A stretch of DNA of 64,000 bases. Source: Ignavibacteriota bacterium (lineage in GTDB: Bacteria; Bacteroidota; Ignavibacteria; UBA10030; UBA6906). Position numbers and translations under genes: made by a program. The stretch is taken from NCBI GenBank assembly GCA_963801355.1, contig CAWDEM010000004.1:832001-896000 (forward strand), read 5' to 3'. Of this stretch, positions 50,161 through 60,502 are shown piece after piece (the stretch's first letter is position 1; each line of letters begins with the position of its first letter). The notes under the pieces are model-generated. The model saw nothing but the letters and a program-made list of their open reading frames with translations. It was not told the origin of the DNA and searched no databases.

Positions 50161-52509
50161 ATGATCGGTCAGACGGTTTCCCACTACAAGATTCTTGAGA
50201 ATCTGGGAGAAGGCGGGATGGGCGTCGTCTACAGAGCCCAGGACACTCGCCTCAAGCGCACCGTAGCCCTCAAGTTCCTTCCTCCGAATCTTACCCGCGA
50301 CGATGAAGCCAAAACCCGCTTCATGCACGAAGCCCAGGCCGCGTCAGCCCTCCAACATCCTAACATCTGCACAATCCACGATTTTGATGAGACCGCAGAT
50401 CACCAGCTGTTCATAGTGATGGATTGCTACGACGGAGAGACGCTGAGATCGCGAATCGCGAAGGGGGATTCACGAATTGGAGATGCGATTGACATCGCCA
50501 TTCAGGTGGCGCAAGGGTTGGAGAAAGCTCACGAAAGCGGGATTGTACACCGCGACATCAAGCCGGCCAATATCTTCGTCGACAGGGATGGTATCGTGAG
50601 GATTCTGGATTTTGGAGTGGCGAAGCTCTCGAGCCAGACGGTGCTGACCAGGAGCGGCGGTACCGTCGGTACGGCAGCATACATGTCGCCGGAGCAGGCG
50701 CGGGGAGAACAGGTCGATCAACGGACGGACATCTGGTCATTGGGCGTCACACTATATGAGATGATCTGCGGCAAGCCTCCGTTTGCCGCGGACTACGAGC
50801 AAGCCCTCATCTACCTGATCCTCGGTGAGGAACCCCAGCCGATGCGGAACGCGCAGGAACATCTTCCCGTCGAGCTGGAACGCATCGTGGAGAAGGCCCT
50901 GGCCAAGAATGTCGCTAAACGCTACCAGCACGTCGGCGACATGAAGGCAGACCTGCAGGCACTCAAACGACAAGTCGAGGCAGGCACAGCAACGTCGCGA
51001 ACGTTTACCCTGAGAATCCCGCGGAAGAAACGGCCTTACGTATATGGTGCCTTGGTTCTCATGGTAATAACGATCGTGGTTGCGGTGCTCGTTTCCTTGG
51101 GAGGTGGGAAGGAGGCGATAGATTCCCTGGCCGTCCTTCCGTTCGAGAACCTCTCGGGCAATCCCGATCAAGCCTATCTGGCGGACGGAATCCATGAGAC
51201 ACTGATTACTGACCTGGCCAAGCTCAGTGGGTTCCGGCGTGTCATTGCAAGATCATCCGTCAAGCGGTTTGCCAATACTTCGTTGTCGCCGCGGGAAATC
51301 GCAGAGCAACTTGGCGTGAGGGCATTGCTGACCGGATCGGTTTCGAGATTCGGGGACGAGATTCAGGTGACGGCTCACCTGATCAATGCGCCAACGGAGA
51401 ATACCGTCTGGTCCGAACGCTACATTCGAAAAGCCGGAGATGTGCTTCCCCTGGTGAACGAGATCGTCACTACGCTGGCTCGACAGATCGAACTCCGTCT
51501 GACGTCTGCCGAGCAGGCACGGCTTCAGGTCCCTCGAAATGTGAAGTCTGACGCGTTCGAGGCGTACCTGCAGGGAACGTTTCACTATACCAAGCAGACG
51601 AAGGAAGATCTCGACAAGGCGGAACGATATTTCAATCTGGCTCTGGAAAAAGATTCCACCTTTGCCCTTGCATACGGCGGACTCGCGAGGGTCTGGGCGA
51701 TACGGGCGGACGCCGGTTTCCAGCCCCCCCGTGAGACGTTTCCTAAGGCAGAAGCATTTGTTGCCAGGGCACTTGCGATGGATTCTACGATGGCGGAACT
51801 TCACGTTGATCTCGCCAATATCAAGAATGCGACGGACTGGGACTGGGGAGGTGCAGAGCTGGAATTCAAACGGGCGCTCGCCATCAATCCAAACCTGGCC
51901 GATGGGCATTTCTTCTATGCTGACTTTCTTCATTACCTCGGTCGGTCGAAAGAGTGGGAGATTGAGATGGAGCGCGCCCTCGAGCTGGATCCTTTGAATG
52001 ATTTCAAGCGTACCTACTACGGGTGGAACCTCAATTACGCGGGGCGCTACGACGAGGCCATCCCCATTTTTCTCAAACTCCTCGAAACGGGTCCGAATAA
52101 GTCGGCAAATTATCTAGGCCTCTGGGGAGCTTATTATAAGAAGGGTAGGTACGGGCAAGCGCTGTCAGAAGCAAAGAACTACTTCCTGACGAGCGGTGGC
52201 GGCGAATTTGGCGAGTCTTTGAGCGCAGACAGCGTGGTCAGCGAGGCCGCGTACCGCGCTGCAATGCGGCGTACCGGGCAAATCATGGCACAACGTTCGG
52301 CCCAAAGACACGTTCCAGCTATCCGGATCGCGCGCATGTTCGCTCATGGGGGGGACAACGACAAAGCCATGTTTTGGCTGGAACGGGCATATGAGGCGCG
52401 CGAGTCTCCCCTGATGCGGCTTGCCGTGTTCTGGGACTGGGACAATTTGCGTTCCGACGCACGCTTCCAGGACCTGCTGCGACGGATGAATCTACCGGTT
52501 GGAAACTGA
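50161..52509 (+). CDS. Ser/Thr kinase with TM, TolB-N-like domain and TPR repeats
   Basis: Kinase motifs; SLAVLPFENLSG.PDQ.Y.ADG; A+EAYL.G, AL.+NPN, ALELDP; LRSD.RFQDLLRRM. Confidence 0.92.
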   Translation: MIGQTVSHYKILENLGEGGMGVVYRAQDTRLKRTVALKFLPPNLTRDDEAKTRFMHEAQAASALQHPNICTIHDFDETADHQLFIVMDCYDGETLRSRIAKGDSRIGDAIDIAIQVAQGLEKAHESGIVHRDIKPANIFVDRDGIVRILDFGVAKLSSQTVLTRSGGTVGTAAYMSPEQARGEQVDQRTDIWSLGVTLYEMICGKPPFAADYEQALIYLILGEEPQPMRNAQEHLPVELERIVEKALAKNVAKRYQHVGDMKADLQALKRQVEAGTATSRTFTLRIPRKKRPYVYGALVLMVITIVVAVLVSLGGGKEAIDSLAVLPFENLSGNPDQAYLADGIHETLITDLAKLSGFRRVIARSSVKRFANTSLSPREIAEQLGVRALLTGSVSRFGDEIQVTAHLINAPTENTVWSERYIRKAGDVLPLVNEIVTTLARQIELRLTSAEQARLQVPRNVKSDAFEAYLQGTFHYTKQTKEDLDKAERYFNLALEKDSTFALAYGGLARVWAIRADAGFQPPRETFPKAEAFVARALAMDSTMAELHVDLANIKNATDWDWGGAELEFKRALAINPNLADGHFFYADFLHYLGRSKEWEIEMERALELDPLNDFKRTYYGWNLNYAGRYDEAIPIFLKLLETGPNKSANYLGLWGAYYKKGRYGQALSEAKNYFLTSGGGEFGESLSADSVVSEAAYRAAMRRTGQIMAQRSAQRHVPAIRIARMFAHGGDNDKAMFWLERAYEARESPLMRLAVFWDWDNLRSDARFQDLLRRMNLPVGN

Positions 52510-52590
52510 TCGACAAAGCGAATCTCAAGCGTCAATCGCGATGCACCATGATTCAAACAAGACTCTCCACCACAACACAGGGAGGTAATC

Positions 52591-53169
52591 ATGATACGCG
52601 CGGGCCTAATAGGCTTGTCCGTGATCGCGTTTCTGCTCTTGACTCAGCCATCAACCACATGCGCCCAGGGTAACGAGGTGCGTCCCAGCCTCCAGGCCGG
52701 CGTCATGCAGAGACTCGGGACGAATACCGATATCACCATTCAATACGGCAGACCGGGAGTCAAAGGAAGAAAGATCTGGGGCGGCCTCGTGCCGTATGGC
52801 ATGGCTCCGGGAAACGAATACTCCGGGGGAAAGCCATATCCGTGGCGGGCCGGCGCCGATGAGAATACGACCATTGAACTGAGCAAGGATGTTCTCATCG
52901 AAGGAAAGAAACTGGCGGCGGGCAAATACGGCATCCACATGATCCCTTCGGAAAAAGAATGGATCGTTGTTTTCAGCAAGAACAACTCCAGCTGGGGAAG
53001 TTATTCCTACGACCCCAAAGACGATGCGCTGCGGGTCAGTGTGACTCCCGTTGAAACCCCGCACATGGAGTGGCTCACATACGGCTTTGATGACCTTAAA
53101 GGAACCTCGGCAACCGCTTTCCTCCACTGGGAAGGTCTGAAAGTGCCGTTTAAGATTGAGCTGCCGTAG
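52591..53169 (+). CDS. DUF2911 family secreted protein
   Basis: RPS, I.YGRPGVKGRKIWGGLVPY, WRAGA.ENT, L.AGKY, D.LRV. Confidence 0.88.
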   Translation: MIRAGLIGLSVIAFLLLTQPSTTCAQGNEVRPSLQAGVMQRLGTNTDITIQYGRPGVKGRKIWGGLVPYGMAPGNEYSGGKPYPWRAGADENTTIELSKDVLIEGKKLAAGKYGIHMIPSEKEWIVVFSKNNSSWGSYSYDPKDDALRVSVTPVETPHMEWLTYGFDDLKGTSATAFLHWEGLKVPFKIELP

Positions 53170-53234
53170 GGATAGAGGCAATCTCAAGAACAAAGGAACA
53201 GCGAAGCAGAATGGAGTGAAATGAACGAAACACT

Positions 53235-53272
53235 CGCCCCGCCACTCTTCGATGTGGTGGGGCGCCTTTTTT
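53235..53272 (+). terminator. Intrinsic terminator
   Basis: CGCCCCGCCAC-loop-GTGGTGGGGCG followed by CCTTTTTT. Confidence 0.8.
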
Positions 53273-53295
53273 GTTGAGGTGGGCTGAGTCGAAGG

Positions 53296-53328
53296 GTCGA
53301 GGGCCCTAGTATGTCGAGGGCCCTAGTA
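53296..53328. repeat. 16-bp direct repeat GTCGAGGGCCCTAGTA x2 (17-bp period)
   Basis: Read directly. Confidence 0.8.
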
Positions 53329-53425
53329 CCCTCAGAAGTTGACTATCAGCCTTCCCTGCAATATCTTGCCGCCGTGCCGCTAGATTTTCTTGCTGTCACT
53401 ATCGCACACTCTCGCGCTAAACCCC

Positions 53426-53570
53426 ATGCTTGACAAGGTCGTCTCCCACAATCACGCGCAGACGCCCGCGGATCTCTCGACATTCGAACGCACGACCTAC
53501 CGCAAGGTGACCTGGCGGCTGATTCCCTTTCTCTTCTTCCATATCCTGTCATACGTCGACCGCGTCGTAC
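53426..53570 (+). pseudogene. 5' stub of an anion:cation symporter-type MFS transporter
   Basis: ERTTYRKVTWRLIPFLFF.HILSYVDRV, then homology is lost. Confidence 0.75.
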
Positions 53571-53676
53571 TTCTTGGTAGTACAAGTGGATTTGGAGTGC
53601 CAGCCGCCGACTGTATCCTGGTAGCGAATGAAGTAGTTGTCGGTGCGCGGTTCTTTGAGAGAAAGGGGTGGTGGAT

Positions 53677-53733
53677 AAAAAAGCCTCCGAATTTCACGTA
53701 TACCGTTACGTATACGGCATACATTCGGAGGCT
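53677..53733 (-). terminator. Long hairpin with U-tract on the minus strand, downstream of the tRNA fragment
   Basis: AAAAA-AGCCTCCGAAT...ATTCGGAGGCT with inner CGTATAC/GTATACG. Confidence 0.7.
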
Positions 53734-53772
53734 AAGGCCGCTAACCTCACTGCTCTAAGTCATTGTCTTCTA

Positions 53773-53790
53773 TGGTGCTCGGAACAGGAC
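53773..53790 (-). repeat. tRNA-Leu 3'-end copy (att site) including encoded CCA
   Basis: TGGTGCTCGGAACAGGAC; 53775-53790 is 15/16 to 63222-63237. Confidence 0.8.
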
Positions 53791-53915
53791 ATGTCAACTG
53801 TGCGAAGTCAATCGACGATCAGCTCGGCTCCTGGTGGATTCTGAAGGAAATGCCCCTTCGGTAGTGGCGTCCTTGGCACGGTCTAGAGTGACCCCGTTGC
53901 GCCCTTCGATACCCC

Positions 53916-54060
53916 TTGCGCGTTCTCCTACGCTGGTGTATATTTCTGGCACAGACATCGGTGCCTGATGGCTTCCTCAGCCTGAGGGCCGCCGCTCTGG
54001 ACCCCGTACCAGTTGCCCCGTTGTAGAGTCCTCCTCGACGACCCCGGGCTGACATTCCGA
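53916..54060 (+). promoter_or_regulatory. Island promoter and conserved leader, copy B
   Basis: TTGCGC(53916)-17-TATATT(53939); GGCACAGAC; GGGCCGCCGCTCTGGACCC (53986-54004). Confidence 0.75.
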
Positions 54061-54151
54061 TAATAAGGCAGGGAAGGTCACATCTCAGTGCCTCGGATGT
54101 TACCGGAGCCCTGATGCAATCCCCATGCCTCGCACGTAGGAGCCACCTGCA

Positions 54152-57100
54152 ATGGAGAAGCATCCGCCCCTCGTTTCGGATCTCTCGTGGATCCTTGGAG
54201 TCCTACTCTTCCCCTGCGTGCTCCAGGCCCAGGAGGTTCATCCGCGGTTTGAGGATTACAAGAACATCTTTCCCACCTGCGTCTACCAGGACTCGTTCGG
54301 ATTTCTCTGGATTGGCACTCAGGTCGGCCTGACTCGCTACGATGGGTACAGCTTCAAGCGTTACACGGTTGCTCTCAATGATTCCAATGCGATCTCGAAT
54401 CTCTGGGTGACGGATATCGACGAAGATCACCGTGGGAATCTTTGGATCGGGACCTATGGAGGCGGCCTCAACTACTACGATCAGAAAACCGGCCGCTTCG
54501 TCCACCATGCACTCACCAACGCGGCTTCGGGAGGAGTGGCGAGCGACTTCATCAACGCGTTGACTGCAGACGACGACGGCTCAGTCTGGCTGGGCACCGG
54601 AGATCGAGGTGTTATTCACCTGACCGTGGATTCCGGGGGGACCCCGCGCTGGAAAAGATACGACCTCACCGACCCCGCGTCGTCCACCCCACCCAAGGGG
54701 CAGAACTTCATCCTTGCCCTCCACAAGGACCGTGAGGGATATGTCTGGGCAGGTACAATCCGGGGTGGTTTGACCAGGATTTACCCCAGGACGGGCGATG
54801 TTCGCCACTATCGCAATGAACCCGGTAATCCACTTAGCCTCAGTCATAACACCGTGGGTTCCATCTGCGAGGATGAAGCGGGAAATCTCTGGATCGGCAC
54901 GGGCTTCGAGGCGATTCCGGACGGCGGGGGGATCAACATGTTTGACCGCAACACTGAGCAATTCCGCCGCTTCAAGCACGATGCTTTGGATCCGACTTCG
55001 CTCCCCTCCGACAGGATCGGTTCCCTCCTGATAGACCGCGGGGGGACTCTATGGATCGGTACACTGGATGAGGGACTGGCGTCGATCCCCTTGCATGGAC
55101 TGGCGGTCGGGAAGAAGACCTCATTCACAAGCTACCCGGATCTGCGGAAGGAGATCATCGTGTCGCTGTATGAGGACCGGTGGGGGAACGTGTGGGCTTC
55201 CACGTTCGGGTCATTGCTGTACAAGCATGACTCCCTTCAGAACCCCTTCATCCACTACCGGAGGTATGCGGGGAAAGCGAACAGCATGAGCAGCACGGGC
55301 GTGCAGAGCGTGTTCTTTGACCGATCGGGAAATCTCTGGTTCGGGTTCTACTCTACCGGCCTCGACAGATACGACCCCCGCCCTGGTCGCTTCACACACT
55401 ACCGGCATCGTCCGGATGACCCCCGCAGTATCGGTGCAGACCGTATCAATGGAATCTGCGAAGATGACAGTGGCTACGTCTGGCTCGCGACGAACGGTGG
55501 GGGGCTGAACCGGCTCGACCCCCGTGACGGAGCCGTGCTGCAGCTGAAAGGAATCAGGAAATACCCCGGTGAGGTCGCCTCGAATTTCCTCAGGGCCATT
55601 CTTGCGCGACGCGGCGGCGGTTTCTGGGTGGCGCTGCAGAATTCCACCCTCCGGCTCTACGATAGAGTGGTGGACCGTTTCATCACGGTCGATCTCCCCA
55701 CCAGAAGTGGGCCGGTCGCAGAAATTGCCTCACTCTGCGAGGATCAATCCGGAGCACTCTGGGTGGGAACCATGGGTGAAGGGATTCTCCGTGTCCGGAT
55801 GGAGAAAGATCGGCCCCTGGATGTGAAACGGTTCGTGCGCATTCCCGGCGAACGAAATTCTCTGAGCTATAACGGTGTAAACGACATCATCAGAGCGGGG
55901 ATCCTGGACACCAATGCGCTGTGGATCGCCACGGATTTTGGGCTGAATCGACTGGACCTGGAGACATCTACGTTCACACACTTCTTTGAGCGCGACGGGA
56001 TGGCAAGCGATGTTGTGCTCAAGGTGCTGGAGGACGCCCGGGGGAATATCTGGTGCTCCACGATAGAAGACATTTGCATGTATGATGTCCGTCGCAAACA
56101 CATCACCAGCTACGGCCTGAGCGACGGCCTGCCGTTCATCGACTTCGGCGGTGCCCGCCAGAACGCCGCTCGAGCACCCGACGGGCAAATGGTGTTTTCC
56201 GGCGCATCGGGATCTCTGGGGTTCTATCCCGAGCGGCTCCGCCGCAACACGCGTGTCCCACCCGTGTACCTGACAGACATCCGGGTCTTTCACGAAAGTC
56301 TTGATCTCGACACCGCCGTTCAGTTCACTCATCGGGTGACTCTCTCGCACTCTCAGAATACCCTCTCCATTGAGTTCATAGCATTGAGTTTCACACACTG
56401 CGAAAGGAACCAGTACGCGTACAAGCTGGAGGGTTTTCAGGACGAGTGGACCTACTGCAGGACAGAGCGGACCGCGAGCTTCAGCAATCTCGATCCTGGC
56501 AGGTATGTGTTTCGGGTCAAAGGATCGAACAATCACGGTGTATGGAACGAAGAAGGAACATCGCTTCTTATTACCATCACGCCCCCCTGGTGGAGGTCAC
56601 GCTGGGCGTACGCTGGATATGTTCTCTTGGCCGTTGGGACCATCGTGGGGGCCTGGCGGCTGCAAACACGCCGGCTCCGAACGAGGCACGAACTTGAACT
56701 GAGGCGGGTGGAGGCGGAGAAGATGAGGGAACTGGATTCGCAGAAGTCGAACTTCTTTGCGAACATCTCGCATGAGTTCCGAACCCCCCTGACATTGATC
56801 CTTGGACCCGTTTCGCGGTTGCTTTCCCGGCCGCGGAACGAGCTGGATCGCCAAGATCTCGGGATCATGGAGCGGAACGCACGACGCCTTCAGCGGCTCA
56901 TCAACCAGCTTCTGGACCTCGCGCGCATCGAAGCCGGAAGGCTGAAGCTTCACGCCCACCCGGTTGATCTGGTGCGTTATTTGAACAGAGTCGTCGCCAC
57001 GTTTGAGTCTCATGCGCGATTGCGGGACATTGATCTCTCGTTCACCGCGATCCCTGACCGCATCGAGGTCTTTCTGGACCCGGAGAAGTTTGAGGATGTG

Positions 57101-58345
57101 ATCTACAACCTTCTCGCCAACGCATTCAAATACACGCCGGATGGTGGGAAGGTAGAGGTGAGAGCTGCGCTTGGGGCGCATGATGGTCGACACGACGGCG
57201 GTTCCAAAGGGCCCTCCTGCGTGGAAATCACGGTGTCGGACACCGGCATCGGGATCCCGCCCGAAAGCCTGGACAAAGTGTTCGAGCGGTTCTACCAGGT
57301 TCAGGAACCGAAGGCGCGTGAGCTAGGGGGAACCGGTATCGGGCTGGCCTTGGTGAAGGAACTCGTCGATCTGCATCACGGAAGCATTTCTGTGGAAAGC
57401 CATGTGGGAGGGGGGACGACATTCAGAATCCAACTGCCCATAGGGAAGGGCCAATTCGGTTCAGACGAGGTTGCGGAAGACGAACTTGATCAGGACGAAG
57501 TCCAGGGGCCTTCTGTGGAGGTTTCTGAGGTCCCTCGAGCCGAGGCGGAGTCGACACGGAGTGCCCGGGAGGCTAGAGATCGGCAAAGGGCGCTCGTGCT
57601 CGTGGTGGAGGATAACCCGGATATGCGCACATACCTTACCGGGTCCCTGAAGGCTGACTATCGCGTCGTCGAAGCAACCGACGGGGAGGCAGGTCTTCAG
57701 GTGGCGATAGATGGGATCCCCGACCTCGTGATCAGCGACGTAATGATGCCGAGAATGGACGGGTTCGAGCTCTGCAGGCGACTGAAAGACGACGACCGGA
57801 CCAGCCATATTCCGGTCATTCTCCTGACAGCCCGCGCGACCTCGAGGGATAGGCTGGAAGGACTGGAACGGGGAGCCGATGATTACATCATCAAGCCGTT
57901 CGATGTTGGGGAACTCAAGGCTCGTGTGGGGAATCTCATCGCCCTCCGACGGAAACTGAGGGAACGCTTTGTCCGTGAGGGGCGATTTCTCCTGGAGAAT
58001 GCTCCTGTCACGTCTCTGGATAAGGTTTTTCTGCGAAAGGTAATTGAGGCTGTGCAGCAGCACCTTCGAGACGACCAGTTTGGCGTTGAATCCCTCGCCC
58101 GGATTGTTGGATTCAGTGTTTCGCAGCTTGAGCGAAAGCTCGAGGGCATCGCAAGCCAGCGTCCCAATGAGTTCATTCGTGCGATCCGGCTCGAGCAGGC
58201 GCGGCACATGCTCGAGGCACGAGCGGGAACAGTCTCTGAAATCGCCTTTGACGTCGGTTTCAACAACCTGTCGTATTTTGCACGATCCTACAAGAAGAAG
58301 TTCGGTTTTTCCCCCTCCAGAACCCCTGAGGCAACCCGCAAGTAG
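54152..58345 (+). CDS. Hybrid two-component system (Reg_prop propeller, Y_Y_Y, His kinase, receiver, AraC HTH)
   Basis: D..G.LWIGT repeats; Y.YKLEG; FFANISHEFRTPLTLI; NLL.NAFKYT; GTGIGL; ISDVMMP.MDG; VGFNN.SYF. Confidence 0.95.
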   Translation: MEKHPPLVSDLSWILGVLLFPCVLQAQEVHPRFEDYKNIFPTCVYQDSFGFLWIGTQVGLTRYDGYSFKRYTVALNDSNAISNLWVTDIDEDHRGNLWIGTYGGGLNYYDQKTGRFVHHALTNAASGGVASDFINALTADDDGSVWLGTGDRGVIHLTVDSGGTPRWKRYDLTDPASSTPPKGQNFILALHKDREGYVWAGTIRGGLTRIYPRTGDVRHYRNEPGNPLSLSHNTVGSICEDEAGNLWIGTGFEAIPDGGGINMFDRNTEQFRRFKHDALDPTSLPSDRIGSLLIDRGGTLWIGTLDEGLASIPLHGLAVGKKTSFTSYPDLRKEIIVSLYEDRWGNVWASTFGSLLYKHDSLQNPFIHYRRYAGKANSMSSTGVQSVFFDRSGNLWFGFYSTGLDRYDPRPGRFTHYRHRPDDPRSIGADRINGICEDDSGYVWLATNGGGLNRLDPRDGAVLQLKGIRKYPGEVASNFLRAILARRGGGFWVALQNSTLRLYDRVVDRFITVDLPTRSGPVAEIASLCEDQSGALWVGTMGEGILRVRMEKDRPLDVKRFVRIPGERNSLSYNGVNDIIRAGILDTNALWIATDFGLNRLDLETSTFTHFFERDGMASDVVLKVLEDARGNIWCSTIEDICMYDVRRKHITSYGLSDGLPFIDFGGARQNAARAPDGQMVFSGASGSLGFYPERLRRNTRVPPVYLTDIRVFHESLDLDTAVQFTHRVTLSHSQNTLSIEFIALSFTHCERNQYAYKLEGFQDEWTYCRTERTASFSNLDPGRYVFRVKGSNNHGVWNEEGTSLLITITPPWWRSRWAYAGYVLLAVGTIVGAWRLQTRRLRTRHELELRRVEAEKMRELDSQKSNFFANISHEFRTPLTLILGPVSRLLSRPRNELDRQDLGIMERNARRLQRLINQLLDLARIEAGRLKLHAHPVDLVRYLNRVVATFESHARLRDIDLSFTAIPDRIEVFLDPEKFEDVIYNLLANAFKYTPDGGKVEVRAALGAHDGRHDGGSKGPSCVEITVSDTGIGIPPESLDKVFERFYQVQEPKARELGGTGIGLALVKELVDLHHGSISVESHVGGGTTFRIQLPIGKGQFGSDEVAEDELDQDEVQGPSVEVSEVPRAEAESTRSAREARDRQRALVLVVEDNPDMRTYLTGSLKADYRVVEATDGEAGLQVAIDGIPDLVISDVMMPRMDGFELCRRLKDDDRTSHIPVILLTARATSRDRLEGLERGADDYIIKPFDVGELKARVGNLIALRRKLRERFVREGRFLLENAPVTSLDKVFLRKVIEAVQQHLRDDQFGVESLARIVGFSVSQLERKLEGIASQRPNEFIRAIRLEQARHMLEARAGTVSEIAFDVGFNNLSYFARSYKKKFGFSPSRTPEATRK

Positions 58346-58418
58346 CACCCGAGCAGGCTGACCCGTCTCCTCAGAGGTAAGATCCACCGGGGCGTGTAGG
58401 CTCCGGATCCAGCCGCTG

Positions 58419-58447
58419 TGCCGAATAATTGCAGGTAGATGCTGAAT
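58419..58447 (+). promoter_or_regulatory. Putative AraC-type tandem binding site
   Basis: TGCCGAAT (58419) and TGCTGAAT (58440), 21-bp period, between the HTCS and the next gene. Confidence 0.4.
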
Positions 58448-58580
58448 CCGTGTTAGCTTTCCGGAGCCGCATGAGCGTACCTTCCGAACACAGGTCGACG
58501 GTTGTTGTGTGCGCAAGCCGCCCTGCACAAACCACAACGAGAAGTCCTTGCCGGGATTACACCACGTGCGGAGGTATCAT

Positions 58581-60431
58581 ATGAAACCTTATCATTTCCT
58601 TCTGGTGTCCGTCGGGGCCGTGGCGTTCTTCGCTGCATTCAACGATTCATCGGCGGCCATTCGGCGCGTACCATCACAGTACGGCTCCATACAGCGTGCT
58701 ATCGAAGCGGCCCTCGACGGAGATACTGTTCTCGTGGCAGACGGCACCTACTATGAGAACATCAGATTCATGGGGAAAGCCATCACGGTAGCCAGCCACT
58801 ATCTCATCGACATGGACGCGAGGCACATCGACAGTACTGTCATCAATGGGAGTCGGCCGGCCAGTCCCGACTGGGGTTCCACCGTACTCTTCATCAATGG
58901 CGAGGACACGAGTTCTGTACTCTGGGGGCTGACCATCACGGGCGGAACAGGCTCTGTGAACCCCTCCGGCTACCGCGTGGGTGGTGGTATCTGGATAAAG
59001 GCGGGCTCCGGCGCTAGAATCTGCCACAATAGGATCATTTCCAACAACGTGTCTCAGCTCACGTTTGCGCTTGGAGGGGGTGTTTCCGCCGGATCCCCAT
59101 ATCAGCCCGGGGGCTGGCTTATTCTTGAAGACAACGAAATCTCCCGGAACACCGTCACAGGATCAGAAGGCGTTGGAGGGGCCGGTGTGCTCTGCTCGCT
59201 ACCTGCGAGGATCCAGCGGAATCGCATTGAAGGCAATGAAGGTTTCACAGGGGGAAGCGCTGACGACGGCGCCGGGATAAGCTGCTGGACAGATGTTCAA
59301 CGAGGGAAGAAGGAACTGCTCCTGTGCGGGAATATCATTACCAGAAACAAGTTCACTTCAACGGGTGTAGATCAGTACGGTCAAAGCGGTCTCGCCGGGG
59401 GAATGTCCGTTGTTGGATACCGGGGGATTGTCGAGCACAATGTCATCACTGAGAACGAACTCGAGGGACCTGCGGCGTTGTACGGCGGGGGTGTCTTGAT
59501 AAGCGACTGTAATGACTCTACGGAATTCCGCAACAACAGAATCAGCGGAAACAAGTTGATCGGGAACGGGGAGCAACGGGGTGGGGGAGTGTGCGTCTGG
59601 GAGTGCAGCCCGAAAATCTACAACAACATCATTACGGGCAATGAGGGGAGGATGGGGGGAGGGGTCTATGTGGGTGGGACCGCGTCTACGGGTCGGCCGC
59701 AGATGATCAACAACACCATATGCGAGAATCAAGCGTCGTCTGGATGTGGCCTTTACGCAGATTCTTCATATCCGGTTGTCATCAATTCGATCCTGTGGGA
59801 TCAGAATCAGGACACGGAGGTCTGGCAGGTGGGAGGACAGGTCACGATCGCGTATTCGGATGTCAGGGGTGGCTGGCTAGACACGGGGAATATAAACGCC
59901 GATCCGCTTCTTTTGCCAGGGGATTCAATGTGTAACCTGATGTCAAGTAGTCCTTGCATCGGACGCGGCATTGACTCCATTCAGATTGGTGGAGTCTGGT
60001 ACCATGCGCCAACAAGCGACTACGACAGGACGGCACGCCCAATGCCGACGGAAACTCATCCTGACATGGGTGCGCAGGAGGAGCAGATCACTGTGGATGT
60101 TGAGACCCAGGAGCTTGTGCCCTTGACATATCAGCTGTATCAGAACTACCCCAACCCCTTCAACCCCTCAACCACTATCCGCTACGATCTCCCGAGCCGC
60201 TCCCATGTGATCCTGACCGTCTTCAACACACTCGGGCAGCAGGTAGCCACGCTCGTCCAGGGGGAACGGGAGGCTGGGTATCACGAGGTCAAGTTTGATG
60301 CTTCAGAACTTGCGAGCGGAGTGTATCTGTACAGGATGCAGGTCCGCCCTCTGGACTCCGCCATCGGGCGGGACTCCAAGAGCGGAGCGGGAGAATTCGT
60401 CCAGACGCGAAAGTTTGTCCTTCTGCAGTAA
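58581..60431 (+). CDS. Secreted parallel beta-helix (pectin-lyase fold) protein with T9SS CTD (with palindromic insert)
   Basis: VP..Y.SIQ.AI..A.DGDTVLV..GTY.ENI.F; GGG+/N.I..N repeats; GNI.ADP; DMGA.E; CTD. Confidence 0.85.
   Translation: MKPYHFLLVSVGAVAFFAAFNDSSAAIRRVPSQYGSIQRAIEAALDGDTVLVADGTYYENIRFMGKAITVASHYLIDMDARHIDSTVINGSRPASPDWGSTVLFINGEDTSSVLWGLTITGGTGSVNPSGYRVGGGIWIKAGSGARICHNRIISNNVSQLTFALGGGVSAGSPYQPGGWLILEDNEISRNTVTGSEGVGGAGVLCSLPARIQRNRIEGNEGFTGGSADDGAGISCWTDVQRGKKELLLCGNIITRNKFTSTGVDQYGQSGLAGGMSVVGYRGIVEHNVITENELEGPAALYGGGVLISDCNDSTEFRNNRISGNKLIGNGEQRGGGVCVWECSPKIYNNIITGNEGRMGGGVYVGGTASTGRPQMINNTICENQASSGCGLYADSSYPVVINSILWDQNQDTEVWQVGGQVTIAYSDVRGGWLDTGNINADPLLLPGDSMCNLMSSSPCIGRGIDSIQIGGVWYHAPTSDYDRTARPMPTETHPDMGAQEEQITVDVETQELVPLTYQLYQNYPNPFNPSTTIRYDLPSRSHVILTVFNTLGQQVATLVQGEREAGYHEVKFDASELASGVYLYRMQVRPLDSAIGRDSKSGAGEFVQTRKFVLLQ
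60342..60386 (+). repeat. 45-bp in-frame palindromic CTD insert
   Basis: GTCCGCCCTCTGGACTCCGCCATCGGGCGGGACTCCAAGAGCGGA, identical to 63062-63106. Confidence 0.95.
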
Positions 60432-60453
60432 TGACCGTCAAGCCGAAAATTGA

Positions 60454-60488
60454 AAGAGCCCTCATCTCTAACGAGATGGAGGGCTCTT
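60454..60488. terminator. Hairpin terminator, homologous to 63171-63206
   Basis: AAGAGCCCTCATCTC-loop-GAGATGGAGGGCTCTT. Confidence 0.8.
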
Positions 60489-60502
60489 CTGTAAGTTGAC
60501 CC

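Larger units (their letters stand above)
44517..53790. mobile_element. Putative integrated island 3 (Omp85, lyase, hydrolase, kinase, DUF2911, MFS stub); no integrase
   Basis: Bounded by tRNA 3'-end copies; terminator and IHF-like motif next to the right boundary. Confidence 0.45.

Noticed and set aside
57461-58537. Long antisense ORFs (358 aa here; also 17708-18658, 27408-28232, 55730-56536)
   Set aside because: Shadows of GC-rich sense genes, with no motifs or RBS.
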